The notes under the pieces: generated by a model
The model's input: only the letters and a program-made list of their open reading frames with translations
What the model was told of the DNA's origin: nothing
Database searches by the model: none
Translations under genes and position numbers: made by a program
Part shown: piece by piece, positions 36,509 to 47,448 of the stretch
How the letters are laid out: each line of letters opens with the position of its first letter
Position numbering within the stretch: the stretch's first letter is position 1
Source of the DNA: Rhabdochlamydiaceae bacterium
GTDB lineage: Bacteria > Chlamydiota > Chlamydiia > Chlamydiales > Rhabdochlamydiaceae
NCBI GenBank assembly: GCA_017994195.1
Contig: JAGOLG010000001.1
Location: 12,494-76,493, forward strand
Length of the DNA stretch: 64,000 nucleotides
Direction: 5' to 3'

Positions 36509-37478
36509 GCCCCATCTTATTGGGGTTGACCTCATGGGGAGCGATACGCCCCCTGAGGAGCTTGCCACCGCCCTCATTGAACTTCGCGAGGAAAGTTTTC
36601 CCGCGGAGTTTTTGCTTTTTGTCTCCCCTGAAGTCGCAGGAGAACTTCCTAAAAACCTGCCCCATATCGTCTGTCCTGAAACCATTGAAATGCACGACGA
36701 TCCTATCCTGGCCGTACGCCGTAAAAAGGAGTCGTCTTTATGCCAAGGAATCCAGTTTTTACATGAAAAAAAGATCGACGCTTTCATCTCCGCAGGCAAT
36801 ACCGGAGCTCTACTTCTCGCTGCTAAAACCAAATTAAAAACCCTTCCGAACATCGATAGGCCCGCCCTTCTCACCTTGCTTCCGACTCATAAAAAAGAGG
36901 TTGCCGTACTCGATGTCGGAGCTAATTTAACTCTAAAGTCGCACCATATTCTTCAATTTGCAGCGATGGGAATCGCCTACCAAAAAAGCAGGGGCATCGA
37001 GCATCCCACAGTGGGTCTTCTCAACATTGGGACAGAAGCCATCAAGGGAACGCCCCAGGTACGCGAAGCCTATGCCAAGCTAGAAACCCTCAATCGAGAC
37101 CAGCCTACTTTTCTTGGAAACATTGAAGGGAAAGATGTTTTTCGCGGCGACATTGATGTGCTAGTCACCGATGGTTTTACAGGCAACGTCTTCTTAAAGA
37201 CCGCCGAAGGACTTGCATCCTTCATCTTAAAGCAGCTAGAGCAGCGCGCCTTTGAAGGCTCGCCTTCTCTGCGCCATGAGATTGCCTCCCTTAAAGACCG
37301 CCTCTATGTCGCAGAGCACCCCGGCGCCATCCTCTGCGGAGTCGAAGGCATCGTCGTCAAATGCCACGGCGACATCACACCTGCAAAGTTCATGTCCTCC
37401 ATCAAGGGCGCAGCGCGCCTTGTTCAGCACCGGTTCCTCGAAAAAATCATGCTCCATTTAGGGCTCGTAAAACAATAG
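36483..37478 (+). CDS. plsX: Phosphate acyltransferase PlsX
   Basis: IGVDLMGSD, FISAGNTGALL, VTDGFTGNVFLKT. The start overlaps rpmF by 26 nt and is uncertain. Confidence 0.92.
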   Translation: MLDDPLQNKPHLIGVDLMGSDTPPEELATALIELREESFPAEFLLFVSPEVAGELPKNLPHIVCPETIEMHDDPILAVRRKKESSLCQGIQFLHEKKIDAFISAGNTGALLLAAKTKLKTLPNIDRPALLTLLPTHKKEVAVLDVGANLTLKSHHILQFAAMGIAYQKSRGIEHPTVGLLNIGTEAIKGTPQVREAYAKLETLNRDQPTFLGNIEGKDVFRGDIDVLVTDGFTGNVFLKTAEGLASFILKQLEQRAFEGSPSLRHEIASLKDRLYVAEHPGAILCGVEGIVVKCHGDITPAKFMSSIKGAARLVQHRFLEKIMLHLGLVKQ

Positions 37479-37529
37479 ACTTCTTTCGAAATTAACGATG
37501 GATAGTATTGATAAGGTGTTTTACACTCT

Positions 37530-38492
37530 TTGTTTTTACACAGGAGAGTCGTTATGCAAATTGGTTCCACTTATCAGGCGTGCCACCATACACTTCTTGG
37601 ACATGTGTTCTACAACATCCGATGCCCTAATCAACCGCTTGCGCACAGGGTTACACTCTTTGTATCTGCAGCCCTCCTCGTCAGTGGGCTTGTATGGAAA
37701 GGATGGTCAGCTTGTCGTTTGTCAACAAAAGGAACTGAGGATCCAAAAACAAAAGAAACAGACTTTCTCAATAAGCCTTCTTTACCTATGAGGGTCTATC
37801 CTCAAGAAGGCCTAAAAGCCATAGAATTTGCAAAGCAGAAACTACTTGCAGTACAATCCACCGATCAACATTTTAATAAATTTTTAGCAGATAAAAATAA
37901 GCCCTCCTATGATTGGGCAGTATATATGATTCTAAATTTGAATGATGAATTTTACACAAAACTAGAATCGTTCATCTTAGATAAAAATATTGATTGTTGG
38001 ACAGAAGAAGCGCTCATTCAACATGTAGATGAGTATATGAAGATTGTATACGCGATTGGATGCCTAGCTTTAGAGGGTATACCAGATGCTGTTGAGTTGA
38101 ATAAGCATAGCCCCGATTTTAAAACTCTCACAGAGATGGAAAAAAGAGCACTGATCGTCAAGGATCAAGGCCTGTTATTTTTCAGATGCTTCACTCTGTG
38201 CTCCTATATTTACCATCATGCAAGGAGACCTGCTTTGTTAGAAAAAGATAATCTTGGTCATGTGTTGTTGAAATATTGTCCTCCCTCAGACCATTATGTT
38301 TCTCAATTCTATCAAGAGGGAACTCCTCAGTTCCAATGGAGATTGTTGTATAACGATTATTGTAATCGAACCAGGATGTACGTCAATTTAGATGTGCTTA
38401 AAAAACAATATGAATGGCGTTTACCCAATTGGGTACAACCCGATATAGATGCAGAGACGTTTATGCCATTTCCTGGTACATTACCAACTTAA
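37530..38492 (+). CDS. Hypothetical protein with one N-terminal TM segment
   Basis: ORF track; TM segment VTLFVSAALLVSGLVW. No family recognised. It occupies the slot between plsX and rng. Confidence 0.45.
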   Translation: MFLHRRVVMQIGSTYQACHHTLLGHVFYNIRCPNQPLAHRVTLFVSAALLVSGLVWKGWSACRLSTKGTEDPKTKETDFLNKPSLPMRVYPQEGLKAIEFAKQKLLAVQSTDQHFNKFLADKNKPSYDWAVYMILNLNDEFYTKLESFILDKNIDCWTEEALIQHVDEYMKIVYAIGCLALEGIPDAVELNKHSPDFKTLTEMEKRALIVKDQGLLFFRCFTLCSYIYHHARRPALLEKDNLGHVLLKYCPPSDHYVSQFYQEGTPQFQWRLLYNDYCNRTRMYVNLDVLKKQYEWRLPNWVQPDIDAETFMPFPGTLPT

Positions 38493-38584
38493 TATTTTAC
38501 TTTTAGATGTTGCAGGCTGGGTAAATTTTGCAATTCTCTCTTCACTTCTAGAATAACTAGAATTTTAGAGCCGAACCGGTTAAA

Positions 38585-40144
38585 ATGGGGCTTCACAAAG
38601 AAGTAGCCATGAGTCAAGAAATTCTTATTAATGTTGAGTCGAAAGAAATCCGGTGCGCCTTCCTTCAAAACGGCATCCTCCATGATCTGGTGATCGAGCG
38701 AAAAAACAACCGCCAGCTCACAGGAAATATCTATCGAGGAAAAGTAACCAATATCCTCCACAATATCCAATCTGCTTTCATTGACATCAATGAAGGAGAA
38801 AATGGATTTATTCATATTTCAGATATTTTGGAAAATACACAGAAGTTCCAAGAGATGTTCGATATGGACTTTGATATCGCAACGAAATCGAAGAAAAAGC
38901 AAGACGAAACCGATATCGCCAAAATTTTAAAACCAGACCAGCCGGTCCTCGTGCAAGTCGTGAAAGAACCGATCGGCTCTAAAGGCGCCCGCCTGACATC
39001 GAACGTTTCAATCGCAGGCCGCTTTTTGGTTCTCGTTCCAAGTACGCCTCATAGAGGAGTCTCGCGGAAAATTGAGGATCGAGCAGCAAGGGAAAGGCTT
39101 AAAAAATTGATCCAAGCTTTTGAAATGCCTCAAGATATGGGCCTCATTTGCCGGACAGCGAGTGTGGGCGCGACTCAAGAGCAGCTTGTTCAAGAAGCCC
39201 ATGATCTTTTAGAGACCTGGAAAGACATCATGGAAAAATTTGAAAAGTCAACAAAGCCGACGTGTCTTTTTGAAGAGTCCGATCTGATTAAGCGTGCGCT
39301 TTTAACTGCGATTGATAAGAAGTACCAGCGTGTTTTAGTCGATGACCATGCAATGGTCCAGCGGCTCAAGCAAATGGCTGCTCGATTCGGCGCTGATGAA
39401 AGTTTAAAAATCGATCAATATCGCGATAAAATTCCGATGTTTGAGCGGTTTGGGGTTGAAAGAGAAATTGATAAAGCTCTTAAAAGAAAAATCTGGCTTC
39501 CGAGCGGAGGGTATCTCTTCTTTGACCGAACAGAAGCGATGCTCACCATCGACGTCAATTCAGGACGCAGTAAAGATAAGAAATCGACCTCGGACGTTGA
39601 AGAGTCATTAGTGCGGATCAATATGGAAGCGGCTGAAGAAATTGCACGCCAGCTCCGTCTGCGCAATATCGGCGGTCTGATTATTTGCGACTTTATCGAT
39701 ATGCGTATGCGTAAAAATCAAAAACGAGTGCTAGAAAGACTCAAAGACGCAATGAAAGAAGACTCTGCAAAATGTACGATCTTAGGGATGAGCGAGTTTG
39801 GGCTTGTTGAAATGACAAGGCAAAGGCACCGCGAGTCGCTGGCTCAAATGATGTTCACGGCTTGTCCTTATTGCAGCGGTCTTGGCATGGTCAAAACCCA
39901 TGAGAGCGTTTCAATTGAGATCGAGAGGACTTTAAAGAAGCTGATTCAGCAAGAGCAATATTTTGCCCTTCAGCTGGTCTCCCATCCTAGCCTTGATCAC
40001 TTTTTAACCCATCAAGATAAGGCGAGTTTTAAAAAGCTGGCAGAGAAATTGAATGCAGATTTGAGGTTTAAATCAGACGATACGCTCCATCTCAATGAAT
40101 TCCAGTTTTACTCGACGACGAATGGACAACTTCTCGACATTTGA
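38585..40144 (+). CDS. rng: Ribonuclease G/E family endoribonuclease
   Basis: S1 domain GNIYRGKVTNILHNIQSAFIDINEGENGFIHISD, TIDVNSG, and CPYCSG near the C-terminus. Confidence 0.88.
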   Translation: MGLHKEVAMSQEILINVESKEIRCAFLQNGILHDLVIERKNNRQLTGNIYRGKVTNILHNIQSAFIDINEGENGFIHISDILENTQKFQEMFDMDFDIATKSKKKQDETDIAKILKPDQPVLVQVVKEPIGSKGARLTSNVSIAGRFLVLVPSTPHRGVSRKIEDRAARERLKKLIQAFEMPQDMGLICRTASVGATQEQLVQEAHDLLETWKDIMEKFEKSTKPTCLFEESDLIKRALLTAIDKKYQRVLVDDHAMVQRLKQMAARFGADESLKIDQYRDKIPMFERFGVEREIDKALKRKIWLPSGGYLFFDRTEAMLTIDVNSGRSKDKKSTSDVEESLVRINMEAAEEIARQLRLRNIGGLIICDFIDMRMRKNQKRVLERLKDAMKEDSAKCTILGMSEFGLVEMTRQRHRESLAQMMFTACPYCSGLGMVKTHESVSIEIERTLKKLIQQEQYFALQLVSHPSLDHFLTHQDKASFKKLAEKLNADLRFKSDDTLHLNEFQFYSTTNGQLLDI

Positions 40145-41132
40145 AAAAAAGGTATTGGACGCATTAAAAGCAGGGAACTTAACCGAAAAGGTTTCACAAG
40201 CCCTGCTGCTGTTTTTTCATACCTACTGTAAAGCTGCAAAAGAATCGTCCTCGCCGGAGGAAATTCTTGCGTGGTTTAACACGTTTTTCAAAATTTTGTG
40301 CGATGAGCACAAAGAGCTTCCCGCATTTCAACCCTACCATGCTGCACTAAGAAAACCCTTTGATTTCTATAAATTCGGAAACGACTTCCTAAAGCCTTTG
40401 GTGGACCGGTCTAAATCAACGATCGTAGGCCATGACCATCTAATAGAGATCCAGAAGCTTTTAAAAAAGGGGCACAACGTTGTTTTCCTGGCTAATCACC
40501 AAATTGAAGCCGACCCACAAGCTCTCAGTGTTCTCTTGGATGATCATTATCCGGGTTTTGCAGAGAAAATGATCTTTGTGGCGGGCGAGCGTGTCGTTAC
40601 CGATCCTGTGGCGATCCCATTCAGTTTAGGCCGCCATCTCCTCTGCATCTATTCCAAAAGATATATCGACCATCCGCCGGAGAAAAAAGTAGAAAAGCAG
40701 ACCCATAACAAACGGGTAATGGAACTGATGAGCCTTCTTCTAAAAGAAGGTGGCAAGGCCATCTATGTGGCGCCCAGCGGAGGACGCGATAGAAGAAATG
40801 CTCAAGGAGTTGTTGAAATTGCCCCCTTTGATCCGGGTAGCATCGAGCTGTTTTACTTGATGGCAGAAAAAGCAGCAACACCCACCCATTTTTATCCTAT
40901 GTCTTTAGTTACCTATGATGTTCTCCCCCCTCCGGAAACGATTCAAATTGAGCTGGGCGAGATGCGCCATGCTGGAAGGGCCCCCGTTCATCTTGCAATC
41001 GGTCCTGAGCTCGATATGAAAACATTCCCAGGCTCAGATGCAGCAGATAAAAAATCCCGCCGAATAGCCAAGGCTAGCTATATTTGGAATCAGGTCAATA
41101 ATCAGTACCAGCAATTGATCTCACTTTGCTAA
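40095..41132 (+). CDS. Plant-type soluble glycerol-3-phosphate acyltransferase
   Basis: LANHQIEADPQAL (H(x)4D acyltransferase box in the NHQ(S/I)EAD form of plastid GPAT), VAPSGGRDR. The start is uncertain because of overlap with rng. Confidence 0.8.
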   Translation: MNSSFTRRRMDNFSTFEKKVLDALKAGNLTEKVSQALLLFFHTYCKAAKESSSPEEILAWFNTFFKILCDEHKELPAFQPYHAALRKPFDFYKFGNDFLKPLVDRSKSTIVGHDHLIEIQKLLKKGHNVVFLANHQIEADPQALSVLLDDHYPGFAEKMIFVAGERVVTDPVAIPFSLGRHLLCIYSKRYIDHPPEKKVEKQTHNKRVMELMSLLLKEGGKAIYVAPSGGRDRRNAQGVVEIAPFDPGSIELFYLMAEKAATPTHFYPMSLVTYDVLPPPETIQIELGEMRHAGRAPVHLAIGPELDMKTFPGSDAADKKSRRIAKASYIWNQVNNQYQQLISLC

Positions 41133-41155
41133 GATGACGAGAAAGTAGGTAAGTT

Positions 41156-44035
41156 ATGAATCGCGTTTTTTTCGTTGCAATCGCTATGTGTACTTCTCTT
41201 TTTGCACAAGAAGAAAACTACGTCAAAGTTCAAGATGAATGCACCTTAAAAATACTCACACCTGCTCTTGCCGAAAGACAAACAGCTAAAATCCGCCTTG
41301 AAAATGGACTTGAAGCTTTTTTAATCTCGGATCCAGGCGTTCATCAATCGTGCGCAGCTTTAGCTGTCGATGCAGGATCCTGGGAAGACCCTGATGAATA
41401 TCCGGGGATGGCTCACTTTTTAGAGCATATGCTTTTCATGGGCACAAAAGCGTATCCAAAGGAATCTGAGTACACCACCTACATCTCGGATCATGGGGGC
41501 TCCCGCAATGCTTACACAGCATCCGATCGAACCGTTTATGGCTTTTCAATCAATAATGATTTTTTTAAAGAAGGATTGGATCGCTTTTCACACTTTTTCA
41601 TCGACCCGCTTTTTCTTCAAACGAGTGTGGGAAGAGAACTAAAAAATGTCGACCAAGAGCATGGTAAAAATCTAGAGCATGACGGTTGGCGCGCCTATAT
41701 GATTTTAAAAGAGACCGGCAACCCGGACCATCCGAATGCAAAGTTTTCAACCGGAAACGCAGCAACACTATCGGGCATACCGCAGGCGGCTCTTAAAAAG
41801 TGGTATGAAAACCACTACAGTGCAAGCCGGATGCATTTGGTGATGATATCCCCTCTTCCTCTTGATGACCTCATAGAGCTAGCCTCGGAGAAATTTACGC
41901 CTGTCATCAACCGAACTCTCAAGATAGACTCCTGCCCGAACGAACTGCTTTCAGCTCAGCAAAAAGGGCATTGGCTCTATATCAAGCCCGTTAAAGACCT
42001 CAAAACACTTTCGATGGTCTGGCAGCTTCCTGAAACCATTGCTTTAGATCAAGAGACCCATTCAACTTCTCTTGTTTCTTACGTTCTTTCCAATGGAACG
42101 CAGAATGGGCTTTGTGAAGAACTCAAACGAGAAAAATTGATAGAGGGCCTATCGGTTTCAGCGGATCCTTTCAGCCAAGAATGTCTTCTAATGAGCATCG
42201 ACTTTTCACTTACAGACCAGGGAGTTAAACAACTCGATGTAATCGTTGAAAGAACTTTTCAAGCAGTTGCCCGTCTCAAAGAAACAGGGATTCCTCGCTA
42301 TATTTATGATGAACAGCAAAAACTGGCCCTGATGAATTACGAGCATCAGTCACGCGATGATGCTTTTAAGGTTGCGATGGATATCGCCGGAGAGATGACC
42401 CAAGAAAAACTCGAAACCTATCCTCAAAAAATGATTTTGGCCTCTCGTTATGATCCTGTCCAAATTACAGCCCTTGTAAGCGCACTTGTCCCGGAAAACT
42501 GCGTCTTTCTCGTCTCTGCAGATCCCAAGCTGACAGGCGTCGATCCAACAAATCATGAAAAATGGATGAATGCGGCCTATGCCTTTAAAGATATTTCATC
42601 AGATAAGCTAACTGCTTGGTCGGAGGCTTCTCCCCATCCGCACATCGACCTTCCATCTCCCAATCCTTACTTTCCAGACACGCTGGCGCTAGTCCCTTTA
42701 GAAGATCCGGCAAAAACAGAGCCGACTCCCATCATAGAAAATGATCTCGGCACGGTTTATTTCCTCCAAGATCAAAAATATCAGGTCCCTGAAACCGCTG
42801 TTATTTTTGCGATTAAAACCCCAGAAATGAACGGCTCTGCGCGATCTAAAGTATTATTCGACCTCTACCTAAGATCTCTATCGGATAAATTATCTTCCCC
42901 CTTGTTTTTTGCAGGTCAAGCAGGACTTCGCCTGAGTGTCTCGCAAGTGGATAACAGTTTTGTCATTTCTTCTGATGGCTATAGTGAAAAAACTCCCCTG
43001 TTCTTAAAAACTCTTTTCGAATCTTTACATGAAATTTCACCTACATCCTCAGAGTTTGAAATTTTCAAACAGTCGCTTCTTTCAACCTATGACAATGCCT
43101 CCAAAGAACTCCCTTTAAAGCAAGGCTTTCAGCTTTTAAACTCTATTCTTGTAAGCACTAGCCCCACATCGATTGCCCGTTATGAAGCTTTACAAGAAAT
43201 CTCTTATGAGCAGTTTTTGACATTTGGTCATGATGTTTTTCAAAAAGCGTATGTTGAAGGCACGATCTACGGAAACCTGACAGCAATCGAAGCGCTTCAA
43301 ATCTGGAATCAGTACAAAGAAGCCGTTCACCCAACACCCTTTCTAAAGGTAGAGCACTATAAAAAAGCTGTCTTCCTTCCGTCGGATGAGCAAGGACCTT
43401 ATATGATCGTTGAATCGACAGAAAGGCAAGGAAACGGAACGCTTCTTCTCATCCATGAAGGAGCTTTTTCTATGGAAGCTAGAGCTACTCAACAAATCCT
43501 ATCTGCTGCGCTGCAAGATGATTTCTTCGACACTCTCCGAACCAAACAACACACTGGATATATCGCGACCACCTGGGATGCAGAAATCGAAGAGCAGCTC
43601 TTTCAAATCTTCGGTGTTCAATCCATCACCCATGAGCCTGCAGAGCTTCTTGCACGGTTTGATCTGTTTTTAGAAGAGTTCACGCGCGAACTTCAGGAAA
43701 AAGTTCCTCTTGAAAGGTTTAACACGCTTAAACAAACTCTTGTCAAAGAGCTCGATATGCCTCCTGAGAATCTACCAGGCAAAGCAGCATTGCTTCACCA
43801 TCTAGCTTTTGAGAAAAGAGGAGATTTTCAGTGGCTTCAAAAGAGAATTCAAACGGTTCAATCTCTTTCTTATGACTCGTTTGTCAAACGAGCAGATACC
43901 GATCTTTCCCGTCAAAACCACCGCCGCATTGCCGTTCTGATGGAAGGTGTTTTGCCCACGCAAAACCAGCTCCGCTACGAACAAATTTCTCAAGAAAAAA
44001 TCCGAGATACAGGATCGTATATTTCAGCCAAATAA
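41156..44035 (+). CDS. Secreted M16 (insulinase/pitrilysin) family zinc peptidase
   Basis: Signal peptide, then GMAHFLEHMLFMGT (HxxEH) and NAYT. Its size (959 aa) fits insulin-degrading-enzyme-like proteins. Confidence 0.88.
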   Translation: MNRVFFVAIAMCTSLFAQEENYVKVQDECTLKILTPALAERQTAKIRLENGLEAFLISDPGVHQSCAALAVDAGSWEDPDEYPGMAHFLEHMLFMGTKAYPKESEYTTYISDHGGSRNAYTASDRTVYGFSINNDFFKEGLDRFSHFFIDPLFLQTSVGRELKNVDQEHGKNLEHDGWRAYMILKETGNPDHPNAKFSTGNAATLSGIPQAALKKWYENHYSASRMHLVMISPLPLDDLIELASEKFTPVINRTLKIDSCPNELLSAQQKGHWLYIKPVKDLKTLSMVWQLPETIALDQETHSTSLVSYVLSNGTQNGLCEELKREKLIEGLSVSADPFSQECLLMSIDFSLTDQGVKQLDVIVERTFQAVARLKETGIPRYIYDEQQKLALMNYEHQSRDDAFKVAMDIAGEMTQEKLETYPQKMILASRYDPVQITALVSALVPENCVFLVSADPKLTGVDPTNHEKWMNAAYAFKDISSDKLTAWSEASPHPHIDLPSPNPYFPDTLALVPLEDPAKTEPTPIIENDLGTVYFLQDQKYQVPETAVIFAIKTPEMNGSARSKVLFDLYLRSLSDKLSSPLFFAGQAGLRLSVSQVDNSFVISSDGYSEKTPLFLKTLFESLHEISPTSSEFEIFKQSLLSTYDNASKELPLKQGFQLLNSILVSTSPTSIARYEALQEISYEQFLTFGHDVFQKAYVEGTIYGNLTAIEALQIWNQYKEAVHPTPFLKVEHYKKAVFLPSDEQGPYMIVESTERQGNGTLLLIHEGAFSMEARATQQILSAALQDDFFDTLRTKQHTGYIATTWDAEIEEQLFQIFGVQSITHEPAELLARFDLFLEEFTRELQEKVPLERFNTLKQTLVKELDMPPENLPGKAALLHHLAFEKRGDFQWLQKRIQTVQSLSYDSFVKRADTDLSRQNHRRIAVLMEGVLPTQNQLRYEQISQEKIRDTGSYISAK

Positions 44036-44036
44036 T

Positions 44037-44621
44037 TTATACCTTTTGCCAGCCGAGAGAACAAACTTCTCCAGCGGGATTTTGGTATGTAAGAACTATC
44101 GCTTGCGTAGACCCATCGAGTAAAAAATACTTAAGACAGGCTTTAATATCTTGAAAAACTTTTTGATCCAACCCTGTAAGAGATTGATCGATGGTTTCTT
44201 CATTTTGGATTTGATGTAGATGGGGAAGCTCGGGCTTTGCATTCCATTCTTCTTGCTGCTCCTCAGAAAGATAAGGGGCAAAAAATCCTATTGCTCCCTT
44301 TTCCAAAATCCCTTTTTGAACAAACAGAATTGCTTTTTCTGTATAATTCGAAGGAATAACCGACATTGAAACAATGGAAGATGCATTTAAAACTTGGAAA
44401 ATGAGTTTTGGTTTCCAATAGACTCGATGGGTCACTGGCCACTCGATATGTTGCTCATACTCATCCAATGATGTTTTTAAAACATCCATTGGCAAAGAGT
44501 ACTTCTTGGACTCAAGATAAGTTGGAGCGGTAGGAGTTTCTAAACCGCATGACATGCTTTGTGATCTTGGGTAAATATACCCTTCGATAGAATAGATGAG
44601 GAGATTATTGATTTCAAACAT
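44037..44621 (-). CDS. Hypothetical protein
   Basis: ORF track only. No family recognised. Confidence 0.4.
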   Translation of the reverse strand: MFEINNLLIYSIEGYIYPRSQSMSCGLETPTAPTYLESKKYSLPMDVLKTSLDEYEQHIEWPVTHRVYWKPKLIFQVLNASSIVSMSVIPSNYTEKAILFVQKGILEKGAIGFFAPYLSEEQQEEWNAKPELPHLHQIQNEETIDQSLTGLDQKVFQDIKACLKYFLLDGSTQAIVLTYQNPAGEVCSLGWQKV

Positions 44622-44659
44622 GGGCGCAAACTATACATAAAATTCCAATTTAAACAAAT

Positions 44660-45376
44660 TTAAATTTTCATATTGTGATAGACAGCATCGACGTCATCGA
44701 GCGCTTCGAGCCATTCGATGAGCTCAAGATTCGCTTTTTGATCTTCAGGAGAACATTCAATCCAGTTTTTTGGAATCTGCTGGAGCTCGGCAAGCTCTGA
44801 TTTAATTCCGAGCTTTTCAATGGCCTCTTTGACTTGAAAGAGCTTATCCGGCGGCGTCGTGATCATAAAAAAATCGTCTTCCGATTCAAAATCATCAGCT
44901 CCTGCTTCCGACACTGCAAGAAAAAGATCGTCTTCATTAATCCCTTGCTTAGAAACTTGAATCACACCTTTATGGTCGAAATTAAAAGCAACAGCCCCAG
45001 GATTTGCCTGCGTACCGCCCCGTTTATTGAGCGCGATTCGAATGTCGGACGATGTTCTATTTTTGTTATCAGTCATGATCTCAACAATGAGCCCAACTCC
45101 TCCGTAACCATAGAGTTCATAGGTGACTTCCGAGTAGGCAGCTTGATCGCTGCTGCTGGCTTTTTTGATATTGCGTTCGATGTTATCACTCGGCATGTTG
45201 ACTTCGCGGGCTTTTTGGACCGCTAAGCGAAGACGGGTATTGGATTTTTGATCAGGACCTCCCAGTTTGACAGCTGTAATGATCTCTTTAGTCACACGGG
45301 AAAACGCTTTTCCCTTCACGGCATCGGCTTTTCCTTTGCGATGTTTGATATTGGCCCACTTACTATGTCCTGCCAT
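44660..45376 (-). CDS. yebC: YebC/PmpR-family transcriptional regulator
   Basis: MAGHSKWANIKHRKGKADAVKGKAF... Confidence 0.92.
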   Translation of the reverse strand: MAGHSKWANIKHRKGKADAVKGKAFSRVTKEIITAVKLGGPDQKSNTRLRLAVQKAREVNMPSDNIERNIKKASSSDQAAYSEVTYELYGYGGVGLIVEIMTDNKNRTSSDIRIALNKRGGTQANPGAVAFNFDHKGVIQVSKQGINEDDLFLAVSEAGADDFESEDDFFMITTPPDKLFQVKEAIEKLGIKSELAELQQIPKNWIECSPEDQKANLELIEWLEALDDVDAVYHNMKI

Positions 45377-45863
45377 GTTGAATTTCCTTCTGCATTAAGA
45401 TTTTACCAATGTATTTGCCGCTGTCTTTAATAAAATGGGGATGTCTTCCATACTCTTTAAACCCCAAACGTTCATAAAGATGTATAGCAGGATTTCCTTC
45501 GTAGACTTCAAGATGAAGAAGCTCGATGTTAAACTTTTCGCGCGCAATTTTTTCAAAATGTTCAATCAGCGCTTTTCCAATCCCGCGATTTCTAAATTCT
45601 TCACTGACGATGATCGCAAAAAGGCATTGATGAGAAAACTTTTGGTACGGTTGAATATAAAGAACGGCCATGCCGGCTGGTTTTCCATCATATTCTGCAG
45701 TAAATGAAGCCCCAAAACGGGTATATCCCATCCAAATACGGACAGAGTCCTCGATCTCCCGCTGATCGCTCATTGGAAACCAGCGTAAAACATCAGGCTT
45801 TACAATCCAGCTAGAAAGAAGCGGGGCATCCGATTCAATAGAGGGGCGGATCACAATACTCAC
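45363..45863 (-). CDS. GNAT-family N-acetyltransferase
   Basis: VSEEFRNRGIGKALIEHFEKIA (acetyl-CoA-binding Q/RxxGxG/A). Confidence 0.8.
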   Translation of the reverse strand: MSIVIRPSIESDAPLLSSWIVKPDVLRWFPMSDQREIEDSVRIWMGYTRFGASFTAEYDGKPAGMAVLYIQPYQKFSHQCLFAIIVSEEFRNRGIGKALIEHFEKIAREKFNIELLHLEVYEGNPAIHLYERLGFKEYGRHPHFIKDSGKYIGKILMQKEIQHGRT

Positions 45864-46348
45864 AGCTCCACCTCCATGTAAATGCGCGCCAAGCTTTTCA
45901 AGCCATCTTTAATATAGTTTTCTTGACGGTAGATTTCTTGGAAGCCTTGTTTCTTGAGCAGTGATAAAATCGGATTCCCCTCAAAAATCTCAATCCCAAT
46001 CAAATCAAGACGGAAATAATTTTTAGCCAGATGCTTGAGATTGCGAATCAGCGCTTCACCAATCCCCTTTTTTTGCCATTTAGGATCGACAACAACCTTG
46101 AAGATGGCTTGATGTGCCACTTTGCGGTAAGGCATCAAAAAAAGGGTTCCAATGCCGCAAGGAACATTATGAAGTGTAGCAGTCAAGCTGCAGCTATATC
46201 TGCAATAACCCATCCAGCATTGAATGGCGTCATCGATTTCTTTCTCTGTCGATACCGGGAACCATTTAAGAACATCCGGCTGATAGAGCCACTGCCGCAG
46301 GTAGCTGCCATCTGTCACAAATGTGTACCGAATGTCAAGGTCCTCCAT
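45860..46348 (-). CDS. GNAT-family N-acetyltransferase (tandem paralogue)
   Basis: VDPKWQKKGIGEALIRNLKHLA. Colinear with the downstream paralogue, with ATGA-type overlaps on both sides. Confidence 0.8.
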   Translation of the reverse strand: MEDLDIRYTFVTDGSYLRQWLYQPDVLKWFPVSTEKEIDDAIQCWMGYCRYSCSLTATLHNVPCGIGTLFLMPYRKVAHQAIFKVVVDPKWQKKGIGEALIRNLKHLAKNYFRLDLIGIEIFEGNPILSLLKKQGFQEIYRQENYIKDGLKSLARIYMEVEL

Positions 46349-47443
46349 TAGCCAAACTCCTTGAGATAGGCGATCACAAAATCATCGATGTCTCCATCCA
46401 TGACAGCTTGGATATTGCCCATTTCAACATCTGTGCGCGTATCTTTAACAAGAGTATAAGGCTGGAAGACATAGCTGCGGATCTGGCTTCCCCAGGCGAT
46501 CTCTTTTTTCTCACCGCCCATTTGATCGATTTTGGCTTTTCTCTCAGCTAGCTCCCGCTCATAGAGCTTTGCCTTTAGCATTTGCATACACGATTCGCGG
46601 TTTTGAATTTGGCTGCGCTCTCTTTGGCAAGAGACGATGATATTTGTGGGAAGGTGCGTCATCCGGACAGCAGAGTCTGTTTTATTCACGTGCTGTCCGC
46701 CAGCGCCTGATGCACGGTAGGTGTCTACCCGCACGTCTTCTGGACGAATCTCAATCGCAATATCGTCGCCCACTTCCGGCGTCACATCGACAGATGCAAA
46801 ACTTGTGTGTCTTTTAGCGTTGGAGTCAAAAGGTGAAATCCTAACAAGTCGATGGACTCCTTTTTCTGCCTTGCAGTAGCCATAGGCAAATGAGCCGGAG
46901 ATTTTAAAAGTGATGCTTTTAACGCCTGCAACTTCACCATCCACACAATCAAGCATCTCCACATCCCACCCACGGCGAGAGGCCCATCTTTGGTACATGC
47001 GCGAGAGCATCAGCGCCCAGTCGCACGCCTCGGTTCCCCCTGCTCCAGCATTGATGCTCAAGAAACAGTTTTTCGCGTCCATTTCTCCAGACAGCATCCG
47101 GCGGATTTCAAGCTCTGCTAGTTTTTTTTCAACGAGATCAAGCTCTTTAAGAAGATCATCCACCAGGCTCTGATCCCCTGCGCCTTCAGCTTCCGGGTAT
47201 AACGCTTCGACATTAGAGAACCGCTCCTTCACATCATAGTAAGGAAGCGTCCATTCTTTAAGAGTATTTGTTTCTGAAATAACTTTTTGAGCTCCAGAAG
47301 GATCCTCCCAAAAGGAGGCCTCTTCCATCAGCTTATTTAGTTCATCAATGCGATTTTGCTTTTTTTCGAGGTCAAAGATACCTCCACATATGCAAAAGCC
47401 GATTTTGGATGCTAGTCAGTCGATTTTGAATCAATTCGTTCAT
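46348..47443 (-). CDS. prfB: Peptide chain release factor 2, requiring a programmed +1 frameshift
   Basis: Frame 0: MNELIQNRLTSIQNRLLHMWRYL then TGA. Frame +1 continues DLEKKQNRIDELNKLMEEASFWED... and contains SGAGGQHVNKTDSAVR. Confidence 0.92.
47371..47377 (-). other. RF2 +1 frameshift site CTT TGA C with an upstream internal SD (GGAGG)
   Basis: The minus strand reads tGGAGGtat CTT TGA Cct. Confidence 0.9.
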
Positions 47444-47448
47444 GAAAA

